DNA of 64,000 nucleotides, taken from contig OX597824.1 in NCBI GenBank assembly GCA_951406725.2, positions 77,066,001 through 77,130,000 of the forward strand, written 5' to 3'. Below are positions 13,351 through 26,014 of this stretch, in pieces. Within the stretch, counting starts at the first letter, position 1. Every line of letters begins with the position of its first letter. Both the position numbers and the translations under genes were made by a program. A model generated the notes under the pieces. That model made no database searches and was not told the DNA's origin. It was given only the letters and a program-made list of their open reading frames with translations. Origin of the DNA: Octopus vulgaris. Lineage: Eukaryota.

Positions 13351-13590
13351 TTGTAAGGCGGTGAGCTGGCAAAAACATTAGCATGCCAGGTGAAATGCTT
13401 AGCAGTATTTCGGCTGCCATTACGTTCTGAGTTCAAATTCCGCCGAGATCGACTTTGCCTTTCATCCTTTCGGAGTCGATAAATTAAGTACCAGTTATGC
13501 ACTGGGATTGATCTAATCGACTTAATCCCTTTGTTTGTCCTTGTTTGTCCCCTCTATGTTTATCCCCTTATGGGCAATAAAGAAATAAGA
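13351..13590 (+). mobile_element. tRNA-derived SINE, family D (CORE-like domain)
   Basis: aaggcggtgagctggc head, gagttcaaattc B box, gcctttcatcctttcgg.gtcgataaattaagtacca; flanked by 15-bp direct repeat aagaaagatattgta. Confidence 0.85.
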
Positions 13591-14374
13591 AAGATATTGT
13601 ATGGGAGAAAGAGAGAATTTGTGGGAGGGAGAGACAGAGAGAGAGAAAAAATTGTAATAATAATAGTAACAACACCAGCAAAATAATAATAATAATAATA
13701 ATAATAATAGCAACCCCCATTTGAGCGTGGCCATTGCCAGTACCACCTAACTGGCCCTCATGCCGGTGGCATGTAAAAGCACCCACTACACTCTCAGAGT
13801 GCTTGGTATTCGGAAGGGCATCAAGCTGTAGAAACTCTGCCAGATCAGAGTGGAGTCTGCTGCAGCCATCTGGTTCACCAGACCTCAGTCAAATCGTCCA
13901 ACCCATGCTAGCATGGAAAGCAGATGTTAAACGGTGATGATGATGATGAATAGCAACAACGACAACAACAACAACAACAATAATCATGATGAAGTCTGCA
14001 AAAAGGTTGCTTATTGAGAACAGCTAAGACACTATGAAGGACACTCGATTAGACTGACTTGAATTTTAAAAAAATGTAAAAGGCAAGGAGGAGGATGCTT
14101 GAAATTTTAAGCTGCTAGCTGCAGCTCACTATCAAAGCAGAAAAGTGGCCAAGTTAAAAGAACTATCATGAGGTAAAAAAAAATCATTAATAAAAATGTG
14201 CTTGTTGCATATTGTATTCAAGTGCACTACAACTCGATGGAAAAGAGTAAAAAGGAGAAAACAGCAAAAATCCAGGAAAAGAAAGACAGCGATAAAATCC
14301 AAAGGCCAAGCACAGTACATAGAATAAAACACAGAGGAAAAGGCAAAAAATTGAATTATAGAAAAAGCCATAGT

Positions 14375-14545
14375 GAGAGCAGAGGTATATCAGGCGTAGT
14401 ACTGGTGAATTTCAGGAAGCACGGAGTTTTTGAAGGATGCCATGTCCTGACAGCTAACAACTGCTTTGGGTAGTTTATTCCATGTTTCAGCAAGTCTGAG
14501 TGTGAAAAAAAATGTTTCTGAAAATCATGGAAGCTATATTATTGT
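14375..14545 (-). mobile_element. CR1/L2-type LINE 3' end fragment
   Basis: Minus translation ..WNKLPKAVVSCQDMASFKNSVLPEIHQYYA*, the WNxLP..SFK motif at the end of CR1-group ORF2. Confidence 0.7.
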
Positions 14546-14849
14546 TTTTTTTTTATTTGGATGTGAAACAAAATGTTTCCGAAAGTCATGGAAGCTATGT
14601 CGTTTTTTTTTTTATTTGAGTGTGAAAAAAAAAATGTTCCCAAATGTGATAGATACAATGCTGATTTTTTTTTTTTTTTTTTTTGATGTGTGAAAAAGAG
14701 AAAAAAAGGTTATGAAAGAGGAAAAGTGAGAGTGATAAATATTAAGAGAGCTATATATAGAGAGAGAGAGTGAAAAAGAAAGATAGTGAAAAGATGTAAA
14801 AACAGATAGCGTGATGAGACAGAGACTACAGTTTTATCTGTCAACTTAC

Positions 14850-14894
14850 ATCAGGTTTATATTAACAGCAACAACAAATCTTGGTGTTAATGAT
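14850..14894 (-). CDS. Candidate 45-nt exon (SLTPRFVVAVNINL)
   Basis: tttcatttcatcatactttgccag|...|gtaagt; single open frame, phase 2-2, compatible with exon 17179-17281. Confidence 0.5.
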
Positions 14895-15150
14895 CTGGCA
14901 AAGTATGATGAAATGAAACCACAAAATCTTACTAAGCATATTCAAAGCTGTCTTCACAGCTTCATAGATTCCTGGGTAAATCAATGCACCAGGCTCTAAT
15001 AGTATTAAGTCATTGGTAACAAGCCACCTACATGCTTAGATTAGAATTGGGCCCCCTAAACCCATGTGGACCCTGGTCAATTGCCCAGTGTGTTCAATGC
15101 TTCAAACAGCACAGGGCATATCCTAACACAAATCACCAGTTTTAAAGATA

Positions 15151-15490
15151 TTGTAAGGCGGTGAGCTGGCAGAATCTTTAATATGCCGGGTGAAATGCTT
15201 AGCGGTATTTCTTCTGCCATTACGTTGTGAGTTCAAATTCCACCGAGGTCGACTTTGCCTTTCATCCTTTCAGGGTCGATAAATTAAGTACCAGTTAAGC
15301 ACTGGGGTTGATATAATCGACTTAATACCTATGTCTGTCCATGTTTGTCTCCTCTATGTTTAGCCCCTTGTGGGTAATAAAGAAATAGGTATTTCTTCTG
15401 CCATTACATTCTGAGTTCAAATTCCAACGAGGTCGACTTTGCCTTTCATCCTCTCAGGATTGATAAATTAAGTACCAGTTACGCACTGAT
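15151..15490 (+). mobile_element. Family D SINE plus head-to-tail partial second copy
   Basis: Full copy 15151-15387 followed directly by a repeat of ggtatttcttctgccattac...aagtaccagtta. Confidence 0.85.
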
Positions 15491-16119
15491 CTAACATTGA
15501 TCACCACATCTATATCCTAACACAAACCACCAGTTCTATATCCTAACATTAGACTACAATATGATCAAATTAACCACATGTTCTATATGTTCATATCAAT
15601 TACATATTCTGAAGGCAACAGGAAAGATTCTTTGTGGTGGGTCATCTAATTAGAGATAGCAGCCAAATCAAAGGAAAAATAGTGAGAAAGGGAGAACATA
15701 TTGGATAGTCTAATTTTAGACAGGCCTTAAAAGACAGGATCTTGATAGCCAAAATGCCTTTGAGCAGGACTTTTCTCAATAGAAGTGGAGCTAAACAACA
15801 GCAATAATCCCAATGATGGCAGTAACCACCATTTCCATATTCTAACAGACATGTGGTTAAGTGGTTAGAATGTTGGACTCATGATTGTAAGATTGTGGTT
15901 TCGATTCCTGGATTGGGCAGTGCATTTGGTTCTTGAGCAAAACACTTCATTTCATGTTGCTCCAGTCCACTCAGCTGGTTAAAATGAGTAATCCTGCAAC
16001 AGACTCGTCTCCAGGCCAGATGTGGACTATATATTCTATGAAACCAGGAAAGTGGCCATTATGAGTCAGTAGGACTTGAGAACGTAACTTTACTAACTCT
16101 ACTTTACTCTCTCTCTCTT

Positions 16120-16620
16120 TACTCTTTTACTTGTTTCAGTCATTTGACTGTGGCCATGCTGGAGCACCGCCTTTAGTCGAGCAAAATCAACCCTAGGACT
16201 TATTCTTTGTAAGCCTAATACTTATTCTATCAGTCTCTTTTTGCTGAACCGCTAAGTTACGGGGACCTAAACACACCAGCATCGGTTGTCAAGCGATCTT
16301 GGGGGGACAAACACAGACACACAAACATATACACAGACACAATTACACATATACACATATATGCGATGGACTTCTTTCAGTTTCCGTCTACCAAATTCAC
16401 TCACAAGGTTTTGGTCGGCCCGAGGCTATAGTAGAAGCCACTTGCCCAAGGTGCCACGCAGTGGGACTGAACTCAGAACCATGTGGTTGGGAAGCAAACT
16501 ACTTTATTTCATAAATATTTGCCATGAAGGCATTACAAAGAGGGGATGAACAAGAACAGACAAACATAAAAGGGTGAAGTAGCTGTAGCAAGCTACTTAC
16601 CACACAGCCACTCCTGTGCC
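16120..16620 (-). mobile_element. Family A SINE with ~85-bp nested insertion
   Basis: Family A interrupted at ~16505-16587 between duplicated agcaa(a/g)ctact. Confidence 0.8.
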
Positions 16621-17045
16621 TGTATTAGCCTTAGAATTTACTTTCTCAATTGTGGAAGGAATGAAAGCAAAGTTGACCAGGGTTGAATTTGAGTGCAGAA
16701 CATAAAAGCAGAGACATGGTTATGTGGTTAAGAAATTTGCTCTGCAACCATGGGTACCTTTGTTGTAATAGTAATTATGGTAATGTTGATAATACCATGC
16801 TGGATGTTGTTCTTTAGCTCAAGGTCAGCAGACCTATAATTAAGGGTACTCTAGCTGTGACCATTCAGGAACATATAATCCATTCATCCTTTTCTAAGAC
16901 AGTGGAGGACTGATTTGAAGGTAATTTTACTACTATTTCTAGTAAATTTGCTGACCATATAAAGACTCATATTAACTTGTTAGTAATGAGTAGTGGTGAT
17001 TGGTTGTACAAGTGATGTCAGTGATGATGATAATGATGAAGGTGG

Positions 17046-17109
<64 letters not shown>

Positions 17110-17178
17110 GGTGGTGGTGGTGGTGGTGGTGATGATGGCGATGCTGAGAAGGATGAGGAATGGTTTATTTCTACTTAC

Positions 17179-17281
17179 CGAATGCTGTTTGAGATTCCAT
17201 TTGCTACGTTAAAAGTATCCAAGAATATTAAAAATGATTGAATTCCTCCGATAGGTACCATTTTTATTCCAAAAAGATTCC
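17179..17281 (-). CDS. Candidate 103-nt exon (xNLFGIKMVPIGGIQSFLIFLDTFNVANGISNSIR), unidentified gene
   Basis: tgtttctattattttgcag|...|gtaagt; only one frame open, phase 1 to 2; unique non-repetitive sequence. Confidence 0.6.
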
Positions 17282-17376
17282 CTGCAAAATAATAGAAACA
17301 TACATAAATAACAGAAATAACACACAGGTCTCTTTCTCTCTCACTCTCTATACATATATATATGTAGGTAGATAGT

Positions 17377-17446
<70 letters not shown>

Positions 17447-17591
17447 TTGGAGTTTGTATGATTGTGTATAGAAGAATATATTAATCAAGGAAATTCCAAA
17501 TTAGTCTAATTTTCACGTTTTATTTATTTACAATTTTTGCAATTTTACAATATTGAAATAAACTAGTACTTTGATGCATTATGTGATCATC

Positions 17592-17629
<38 letters not shown>

Positions 17630-17800
17630 CTGCTTTTATGCTTTTATTTGTTTCAGTCATTTGACTGTGGTCATGCTGGAGCACCACCTTTAGTCAAACA
17701 AAGACATATATATAAATACATATATATAAATATATATATGTATTCCAGGTGATATCTCAATTAATGGAAGGCAAAACAATGACTTATGTAATCATTTTCA

Positions 17801-17936
17801 TTAGCTTACATCTGTTTCTACTATAAGAAGCTTGCATTCAGAGCTGAGTGCTTACACAACATATTATGGCTTCTTCAGTGCCATGAACACTCAGCTCTCA
17901 GTACAAGCTGCTTATAGTAGAAACAGTTGTAAGCTA
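17801..17936. mobile_element. Penelope-like inverted repeat with hammerhead motif
   Basis: ~50-bp inverted arms; minus strand CTGAAGA (17872-17878)...GAAA-cagatg-TA-agctaa. Confidence 0.65.
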
Positions 17937-18367
17937 TCCACCCACAAGGCTTTGGTCGGCCTGAGGCTATACGTAGAAGACACTTGCTTAAGGTGCCATG
18001 CTGTGGGACTGTACCCAGACCCATGCAGCTAGGAAGCAAACTGCTTACCATACAGCCACACTTAGACACACACGTGTGTGTGCGTGTGCATTTACACTTA
18101 GACAAAACAAATTACGATTTATGTGGGTTTACAGAAGCTGACATCAAAGAGGATTAATAACAGTAACATATTGTTCTGTTCCTTATATACCATTGCATAA
18201 CATCAAACAGGTGTTCTCTATTATTCAATATCTAAGTTCAACCATTAATGAGTTTAATTTAATTTAATTAAATTTGATATTAATAATTAATACTTATATT
18301 TTAATATGTGTTTTCTTGAACTGATGAACATCTAACAGTTTCATAAGAAAGTTGAGAGTTGGTGAAA

Positions 18368-18401
<34 letters not shown>

Positions 18402-18815
18402 AGTTAATTTTTCATAACAAAGAGAAAACTTTGCACTTTATTAATGAATTTGAAGAAAGCAAAACATGAAACATATGGCCTTTGAATGAAGGCAAATACT
18501 CTGATTCCTTCCATAATGTTTTAATGCTCTGACAATTAATTACATTGCACATGTACACAAACACACACACACACACACACACTTACACACACACACATAC
18601 ACTTACACACACACACATACATTAATATATGTATGAAAATGATTTTATATAATGTATGTATGTATGCATGAATGTATGTGTGCATCTGTATATATGTGTG
18701 TGTGTATGTATATATATATATAATGTATATACATATATGTGAATGTATATTTATGAATATACATGCGTGTTTATGTATATACAGGTATATACATGTATGT
18801 ATGTAAGTATGTATG

Positions 18816-18857
<42 letters not shown>

Positions 18858-18878
18858 TATAGACATATATATAGACAC

Positions 18879-18879
<1 letters not shown>

Positions 18880-18936
<57 letters not shown>

Positions 18937-18955
18937 GGATGGATGGATGGATGGA

Positions 18956-19007
<52 letters not shown>

Positions 19008-19100
19008 TAGATAGATAGATAGATAGATAGGTAGATAATAAATAGATAGATAGATAGATGGATAGATAGATAGATGGATAGATAGATGGATAGATGGATG

Positions 19101-19166
<66 letters not shown>

Positions 19167-19179
19167 TAGATAGACAGAC

Positions 19180-19265
<86 letters not shown>

Positions 19266-19272
19266 ATAGAGA
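18880..19272. repeat. (GATA)n/(GACA)n/(GATG)n compound microsatellite
   Basis: Directly visible. Confidence 0.95.
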
Positions 19273-19974
19273 TACATACAAACATACATACATACACACA
19301 TCCATGAATACATCTAGGATTGTTGTTCAACAGGTTTGCAAATGCTTTAACAATGAAAAGCAAACTAAATATATAACCATGTACACATATGAACACACAT
19401 ATTCACATCTGTGTGTGTTTTTGCATGTGCATGAATATATATGTGTGTATATATTTTTACATATACACCTTCATTTTAATATTTGCTAGATGGGTGAATC
19501 ATCCATTTCAGGCTCTGCATCAAACCCTCATCAACAGCAAATGTTGTTATTACACACATTTCAATAAAGATTATTGAAATTAGATGACAAAACCACCATG
19601 AATCAATAGATACGAACACTTTGATCCATTCATAACAGAAGTAAGAGTAACTGTTGGATTCTTTTCAAATAATATATAATGGGAGATGTTGGTAACATGT
19701 TTTCGTGTAATTTAAGTGGCACTTTAAATTTAAATTACACTTAGAGCTTTGAAGGGAGAGTGAATGATAATTATGAAAAAGAAAAGAAAATAGTGCTGCA
19801 GCAGGGGCTGGTTGGGAAGTTTGTTTCTCGACCATATGCTTTTAGGTTCAATTGTTCTGTGTGACACCTCAGGCAAGTTACTTCTACTATCATTGCAGCA
19901 AGACCAAAGCCTTGTGGATTTGGTTGACAGAAAATGGAAGAAGCTCATTGTATGTTTGTGTGTGTGTGTGTGTA

Positions 19975-20690
19975 TAGGTGCAGGTGTGGCTGTGTGTAGT
20001 AAGAAGCTTGTTTCCTAATCACATGGTTCCGGGTTCCGTCCCACTGTGTGGAAGGGCAAGTGTTTTCTACTATAGCCTCGGTAGACAGAAACTGAAAGAA
20101 GTCTGTCATAAATATATACATATATATATGTGTGTGTGTCTTTGTGTCTGTGTTACCCCCCCCCCCCCCCATCACTGTTTGACAACTTCTGCTGGTGTAT
20201 TTACATCTCTGTAATTTAATGGTTTGTGGAAGCGCAATGGCCCAGTGGTTAGGGCAGCGGACTCACGGTCGGTGGATCACGGTTTCGATTCCCAGACCGG
20301 ATGTTGTGTGTGTTTATTGAGTGAAAATACCTAAAAGCTCCACGAGTCTCCAGCAGGAGGGGGGGGGCGACCCCTCTTGTACACTTTTGCCACAACTTTC
20401 TCTCGCTCTCTCTTCCTGTTTCTTGAGTAACGCTGCGATGGACTGGCGTCCCGTCCAGCTGGGGGGAATACATATGCCACAGAAACCGGGAAACCGGGCC
20501 CATGAGCCTGGCTAGGCTTGAAAAGGTTGACTAAAAAAAAAAGACTTAATGGTTCAGCAAAAGTGACCGATAGAATAAATACTAGGCTTAAAAAATAAAC
20601 CCTGGGATTGATTTGTTCAACTGAAACCCTTCGAGGTAGTGCTCCAACATGCCCACAGTCAAATGACTGAAAAAATAAAAATAGTAAAAT
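19975..20690 (+). mobile_element. Family A SINE interrupted by a family B SINE
   Basis: Family A stops at 20224 and resumes at 20546. Confidence 0.8.
20229..20527 (+). mobile_element. Full-length family B SINE (Meta-domain-like 3' part)
   Basis: tRNA A box tggcccagtgg, B box ggtttcgattccc, gcgatggactggcgtcccgtccag; 9-bp TSD ttaatggtt. Confidence 0.85.
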
Positions 20691-20834
20691 AATATATATA
20701 TATATATATATATGAACAGTATCCATTGGTCTTAAATTGTATCAACTGCTGACGGTGGTGCAGCATCTGCTCTGACTGTACAGGCTCATATTAGAGTGGT
20801 AGTCTTGCCTGTACTGACTATATATATATATATA

Positions 20835-21070
20835 TCATCATCATCATCATCGTTTAGCATCTGCTTTCCATGCTAGCATGGGTTGGACGGTTCAACTGGG
20901 GTCTGGGAAGCCAGAAGGCTGCACCAGGCCCAGTCTGATCTGGCAATGTTTCTACGGCTGGATGCCCTTCCTAACGCCAACCACTCCGTGAGTGTAGTGG
21001 GTGCTTTTTATGTACCACCGGCACAGGTGCCAGACGAATCTGGCAAACGGCCACGATCAGATGGTGCTTT
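20835..21070 (-). mobile_element. Family E repeat
   Basis: (cat)n then reverse complement of 6850-7092. Confidence 0.85.
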
Positions 21071-21354
21071 ATATATATATATATATATCATCATCATCAT
21101 CATCTATATATATATATTATAATAATAAAGGGTAAAATTATTTAATTAATTAATTAATAATTAATAATTTTACCAAGTATTTCAGTATGTTAAAAGAACC
21201 ATTATCGGTAAACTTAGACAAAAGTTATTATAATTATGAGTATAATTATAATTTGGGTTCAGCAAAGATTTGCTACACCACATACCGAAATTTAGAAATA
21301 GTTAAAACTGCTATTTTTTCACTACCATAAAATCTGGGAGATTTTCTTATGGTA

Positions 21355-22020
21355 GTAGCTTGCTTACCAGCCACATGGTTCAGGGTTCAGTCCCACTGCG
21401 TGGCATCTTGGGCAAGTGTCTTCTACTATAGCCTCGAGCCAACCAAAGCCTTGTGAGTGGATTTGGTAGACAGAAACTGAAAGAAGCCTGTTGTATATAT
21501 GTATATATATATATGTATGTGTGTCTGTGTGTGTCTGTGTTTGTCCCCCCAACATTGCGTGACAACCGATGCTGGTGTGTTTATATCCCCATAACTTAGT
21601 GGTTCGGCAAAAGAGCCCGATAGAATAAGTACTGGGCTTACAAACAATAAGTCCCTGGGTCGATTTGCTCGACTAAAGGCGGTGCTCCAGCATGGCCACA
21701 GTCAAATGAATGAAACAAGTGAAAGACTAAAGAATAAAAGAGAGGTGCAGGCATGACTGTGTGGTAAGAAGCTTTCTTCCCAGCTACATGGTTCTGGGTT
21801 CAGTCTCATTGCATGGTATCTTTGGCAACTGTCTTCTGCTATAGCCTTGTGAGTGGATTTGGAAGACAGAAACTGCAAGAAGCCTTAGCAGTTCAATGAA
21901 AGAGACTAATAAAACAGGCTTAAAACAAAAACAAGTATTGGGGTTGATTCATTTGACTAAAAATCCTTCAAGGCAGTGCCCCAGCTTATCCACAGTCTAA
22001 TGACTGAAACAAGTAAAAAG
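21355..22020 (+). mobile_element. Two tandem family A SINEs
   Basis: Copies at 21355-21740 and an older, internally deleted one at 21743-22020. Confidence 0.85.
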
Positions 22021-22894
22021 TTTAAAGCAAAAGGTACCTATGTGTTATTCTATTTTCAAAAATAATGATATTTGAATTCTTCATATATGTCTGTACTGAA
22101 TTCCTGGTATATACCTATAGAATGATCATGGCTATAAATATAGAGCAATTAGGGAAAATCATATTAATTAAGACTTTGAAAATAGTTAAAAGTAGACACT
22201 GAAAATTGTTTTTTATTGGTTGAAGATAAGAAAAATTTTTGATGTGAAAGCAACTGCCAAAAAGAATATGCATCTAAACTAAAACGAGATATTATTTTTA
22301 GATTTAATACATAAAATCCTATGATATACATATATAAAACTGTTTTAATTATACTAATGAAGAATGATTACAGCAAAATTCTAAGGCAAAGAAACATAAC
22401 TCGAAGCCACTGTCATGAGATTCAAAACTAGCACCAATAAACTGGATATAATTTATAATACTAATTAATTGTTGCCAAAATCTAATTTTCAGAAAATCGT
22501 TCATGAAATTACATATCTGTATATATTAAAATAAAATAAATTGGAAAAATCATTAGTTAGATGTGTAATGTCTGGAGAAATATTGGAAAAACTTTTTCAT
22601 GATTTTTATATCTTATACAGCCAGCTATTTGTGAAAAGATTTATAAATTGACATTAAGATATTTCATGTTTTGAGACATAATTCATAAGGCTATATAGCT
22701 ATGTAATTAATATGAAAATAAGCAAATATTATTTTATTAAAGCCTACCCTTCCCAAAAAAGAGAGAGAAAAAAAAGAGAATAGCCATAAATTCAAGGGTA
22801 AATAATGGAACACAAAAACACTGACATAAATTTCAGAATTGGCATCAAGTAAATTTGGTTCCTAATGTATAAATATACATAATATGAATATTAT

Positions 22895-23262
22895 ACTCTT
22901 TTATTTGCTTCAGTCATTTGAATGTGGCCATGCTGGGGCACTGCCTTTAGTCGAGCAAATCAACCCCAGGACTTATTCTTTGTAAGCCTAGTACTTATTC
23001 TATTGGTCTTTTTTGCCAAACCGCTAAGTTATGGGGACGTAAACACACCAGCATCAGTTGTCAAGCGATGTTGGGGGGGACAAACACAGACACACAAATA
23101 CACACACACATATATACATATTCTACCAAATCCACTCATAAGGCTTTGGTTGGCCCGAGGCTATAGTAGAAGACACTTGCCCAAGGTGCCACGCAGTGGA
23201 ACTGAACCCAGAACCATGTGGTTGGTAAGCAAGCTACTTACCACACAGCCATTCCTGTGCCT
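22895..23262 (-). mobile_element. Family A SINE
   Basis: Reverse-complement match; followed by an oppositely oriented 5' fragment at 23295-23445. Confidence 0.85.
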
Positions 23263-23738
23263 ATGTAAATTAATTATAGAGAAATATACATAATAGAGGA
23301 GTGGCTTCGCTTCGCAACCACATGGCTCTGGGTTCAGTCCCACTGCATGGCACCTTGAGCAAATGTCTTCTACTCTAGCCTCAGACTGACCAAAGTCTTG
23401 TGAGTGGATTTGGTAGCTGGGAACTGAAAGAAGCCTATTGTATATATATATATAATGAATAATTCATTATTAGACTTTTCGTTTGTTTAACTTTAACCGA
23501 ATGAACACTTCAAGGTAAAAATTAAAACCACATTTTGGTTTTAATTTTTGTTTCAAAGAGTTCGGTTAATGAACAAAAGCGCTAATAAAGAATTATCCAA
23601 AATTCTGACTGCCTCCTTTTTCTCAATATACAATATCTGAACACCACTTCAAACACTCGATAGATGTTTGTTGTTGTTGTTGTTGGCCAACTCCTGCACC
23701 ATACATACATACATACATACATACATATACACATACAT

Positions 23739-23774
<36 letters not shown>

Positions 23775-23810
23775 TCATATATATATATATATCATCATCA
23801 TCATCATCGT

Positions 23811-23852
<42 letters not shown>

Positions 23853-24027
23853 CATACATACAGAGAGAAAGAGAGAGAGGGGGGGAGAGAGAAAAGTGAA
23901 GAGGTAGTTGGGTTGCTAGTTAGCTCTTATCAAGGAAGAATAAACCGCAATAGATCAAAACCAGTAGAGTTAATATTTATTTATTTATCTATTTATCAAA
24001 TTCAGATATACATTTAATGTGTGTATA

Positions 24028-24066
<39 letters not shown>

Positions 24067-25067
24067 CAAAAATCATATACGTAAAGAGTACAACCGCACA
24101 ATCCCCTTCACTATTCCGCCATACTCTCACTCTCAGACATAACGATATACACAAATAAGATTTACAATCTGTATATTCTATAAAAAGATCAAGGTTGTTC
24201 TTTAAGGATCTTTCCAACCCCCTGTCCACAATTCTTTTTGTTTTTTTCATTTTATATTCGAACGAAATGGGTTATTATTATTTTGGTGTTTATCGATTTT
24301 TCTTGTTGTTGTTTTCTTGTATTGTTTGCTTGTCTTTTATGTCATAAATTTGTTGTATTATTTTCTACTTATTTTTTTTTTCTCCTGTCACCTCATATCT
24401 TTATATATCAGATATATGTGTATGTATGTATGTATGTATGTGTGTGTGTGGTATATGTGTATGTATATGTGTTTTATTTAGTACTTGAATTTCATTCAGA
24501 TGGCACCCCATATTTTTTATATCATATATACTTACCAACACACATACACACACTCACAAGATATATGTGTGTGTGTGTATGTGTGTGTGTCAGTGTGTAT
24601 ATATACATATATATATATATATATCACAAGATATATATATATATATGTGTGTGCGTGTTTGTGTGTGTGCACATGCACATATACAGGCAGGCATATACAC
24701 ATAGGAACATACACACACACACACACATACATTATATATATATACATTTATACACATACACATTTTGTACAAAACTAGTAATTTTCTATCTATCTGTCTG
24801 TCTGCACATGTGTGTGTGTGTGTGTGTGTGTGAGTGTGTGTGTGTATGTGTGAGTGTGTATGTATGTGTGTGTGTGTGTGTGTGTGTGTCTGTGTGTGTG
24901 TGTGTGTGTGTATGTATGTGTGTGTGTCTGTGTGCATTAACATGCATACACAGTTAACCATTTTATATTTAAAATCACAATTTTTTTTTTTCTCACAAAC
25001 GTGTTAAGTGCACCAAATGAAAAATTCTAGAAAGTGTCTGGGCTTGGAAAGTTCCTTGGAAACGTAC

Positions 25068-25139
25068 AGCTGTTGCCAGCCACACTCTGAGCTGTCAGCT
25101 GTTGGTGGTAACATCATCCACTCTGGTTGAGCGGAAAGA
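25068..25139 (-). CDS. Candidate 72-nt exon (LSAQPEWMMLPPTADSSECGWQQL)
   Basis: ctattactcttgttag|...|gtacgt; one open frame, phase 2-2; GC-richer unique island. Confidence 0.45.
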
Positions 25140-25530
25140 CTAACAAGAGTAATAGTAGGTTGGTTTGTTTTTGTGAAACACAAACTTTGCAAAGTTACAG
25201 AGTTTCATGTGGAGAAACCAATTGGGTATCAAATTTATATATATATACATACACGTGCATACATTTCATACATACAGACATACATACATACATACATACA
25301 TGTGTGTACATATGTATTTGCATATATATATGTATGTATGAATGTATTTATGTGTATGTATGTATATATGTGTTTGTATATGTGAATATGTATGTATATA
25401 TCATCATCATCATCATGATCGTCGTTTAACGTCTGTCTTCCATGCTGGCATGGGTTGGACAATTTTACTGAGGGCTGGCAAACCAGAAAGCTGCACCAGG
25501 CCCCAATCTAATATATATATATATATATAC

Positions 25531-25591
<61 letters not shown>

Positions 25592-25673
25592 TGTGTATGT
25601 GTATGTATATATAAATACATATGTATGTGTGTGTATCAATTAACAAATGGCAGGACAAATGTTATCACTTTCA

Positions 25674-25751
25674 TTAGCTTACAACTGTTTCTGCTTTAAG
25701 AAGCCTGCACTTAGAGTTGAGTGCAACATCTTTTAGTTCCTTCAGAGCCAA
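25674..25751 (-). ncRNA. Type I hammerhead-like motif (degenerate core)
   Basis: ttggct-CTGAAGG-long stem II-GAAA-cagttg-TA-agctaa; stem I ttggct/agctaa; homologous to 17801-17884. Confidence 0.55.
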
Positions 25752-26014
25752 TTTAATAAGATGGAAAAAAAAAATCATTCAGAACTTCTTATTAGTAATT
25801 TATATATTTATTGGCCTTGATAACCAAAGGATACAGAATATTTAAGATTTGGTAAGATTTGAATATCTTTAAATTAATGAAATCAGGTAAGTTCATGTAT
25901 CAGTGAATTTCTCTTTGATCTCCATTTTGTAGTCTGAATTAAGCCCTGATGTTTAAAGGGTCAAAATAATAATTTCTTACAGATGCATAAAACTGCAGGT
26001 GTGCTGAAAAACAT

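Noticed and set aside
18116-19364. Extra minus-strand exons 19312-19364 and 18116-18137
   Set aside because: Open frames but weaker donors (gtattc, gtaatt), and the phase of the second conflicts with exon 17179-17281; likely over-fitting
18536-19396. 286-aa ORF and overlapping ORFs
   Set aside because: (TATC)n microsatellite giving SIYL repeats
20229-20300. tRNA gene
   Set aside because: tRNA-like head of a SINE, continuous with the SINE body and TSD; the same applies to other A/B-box matches
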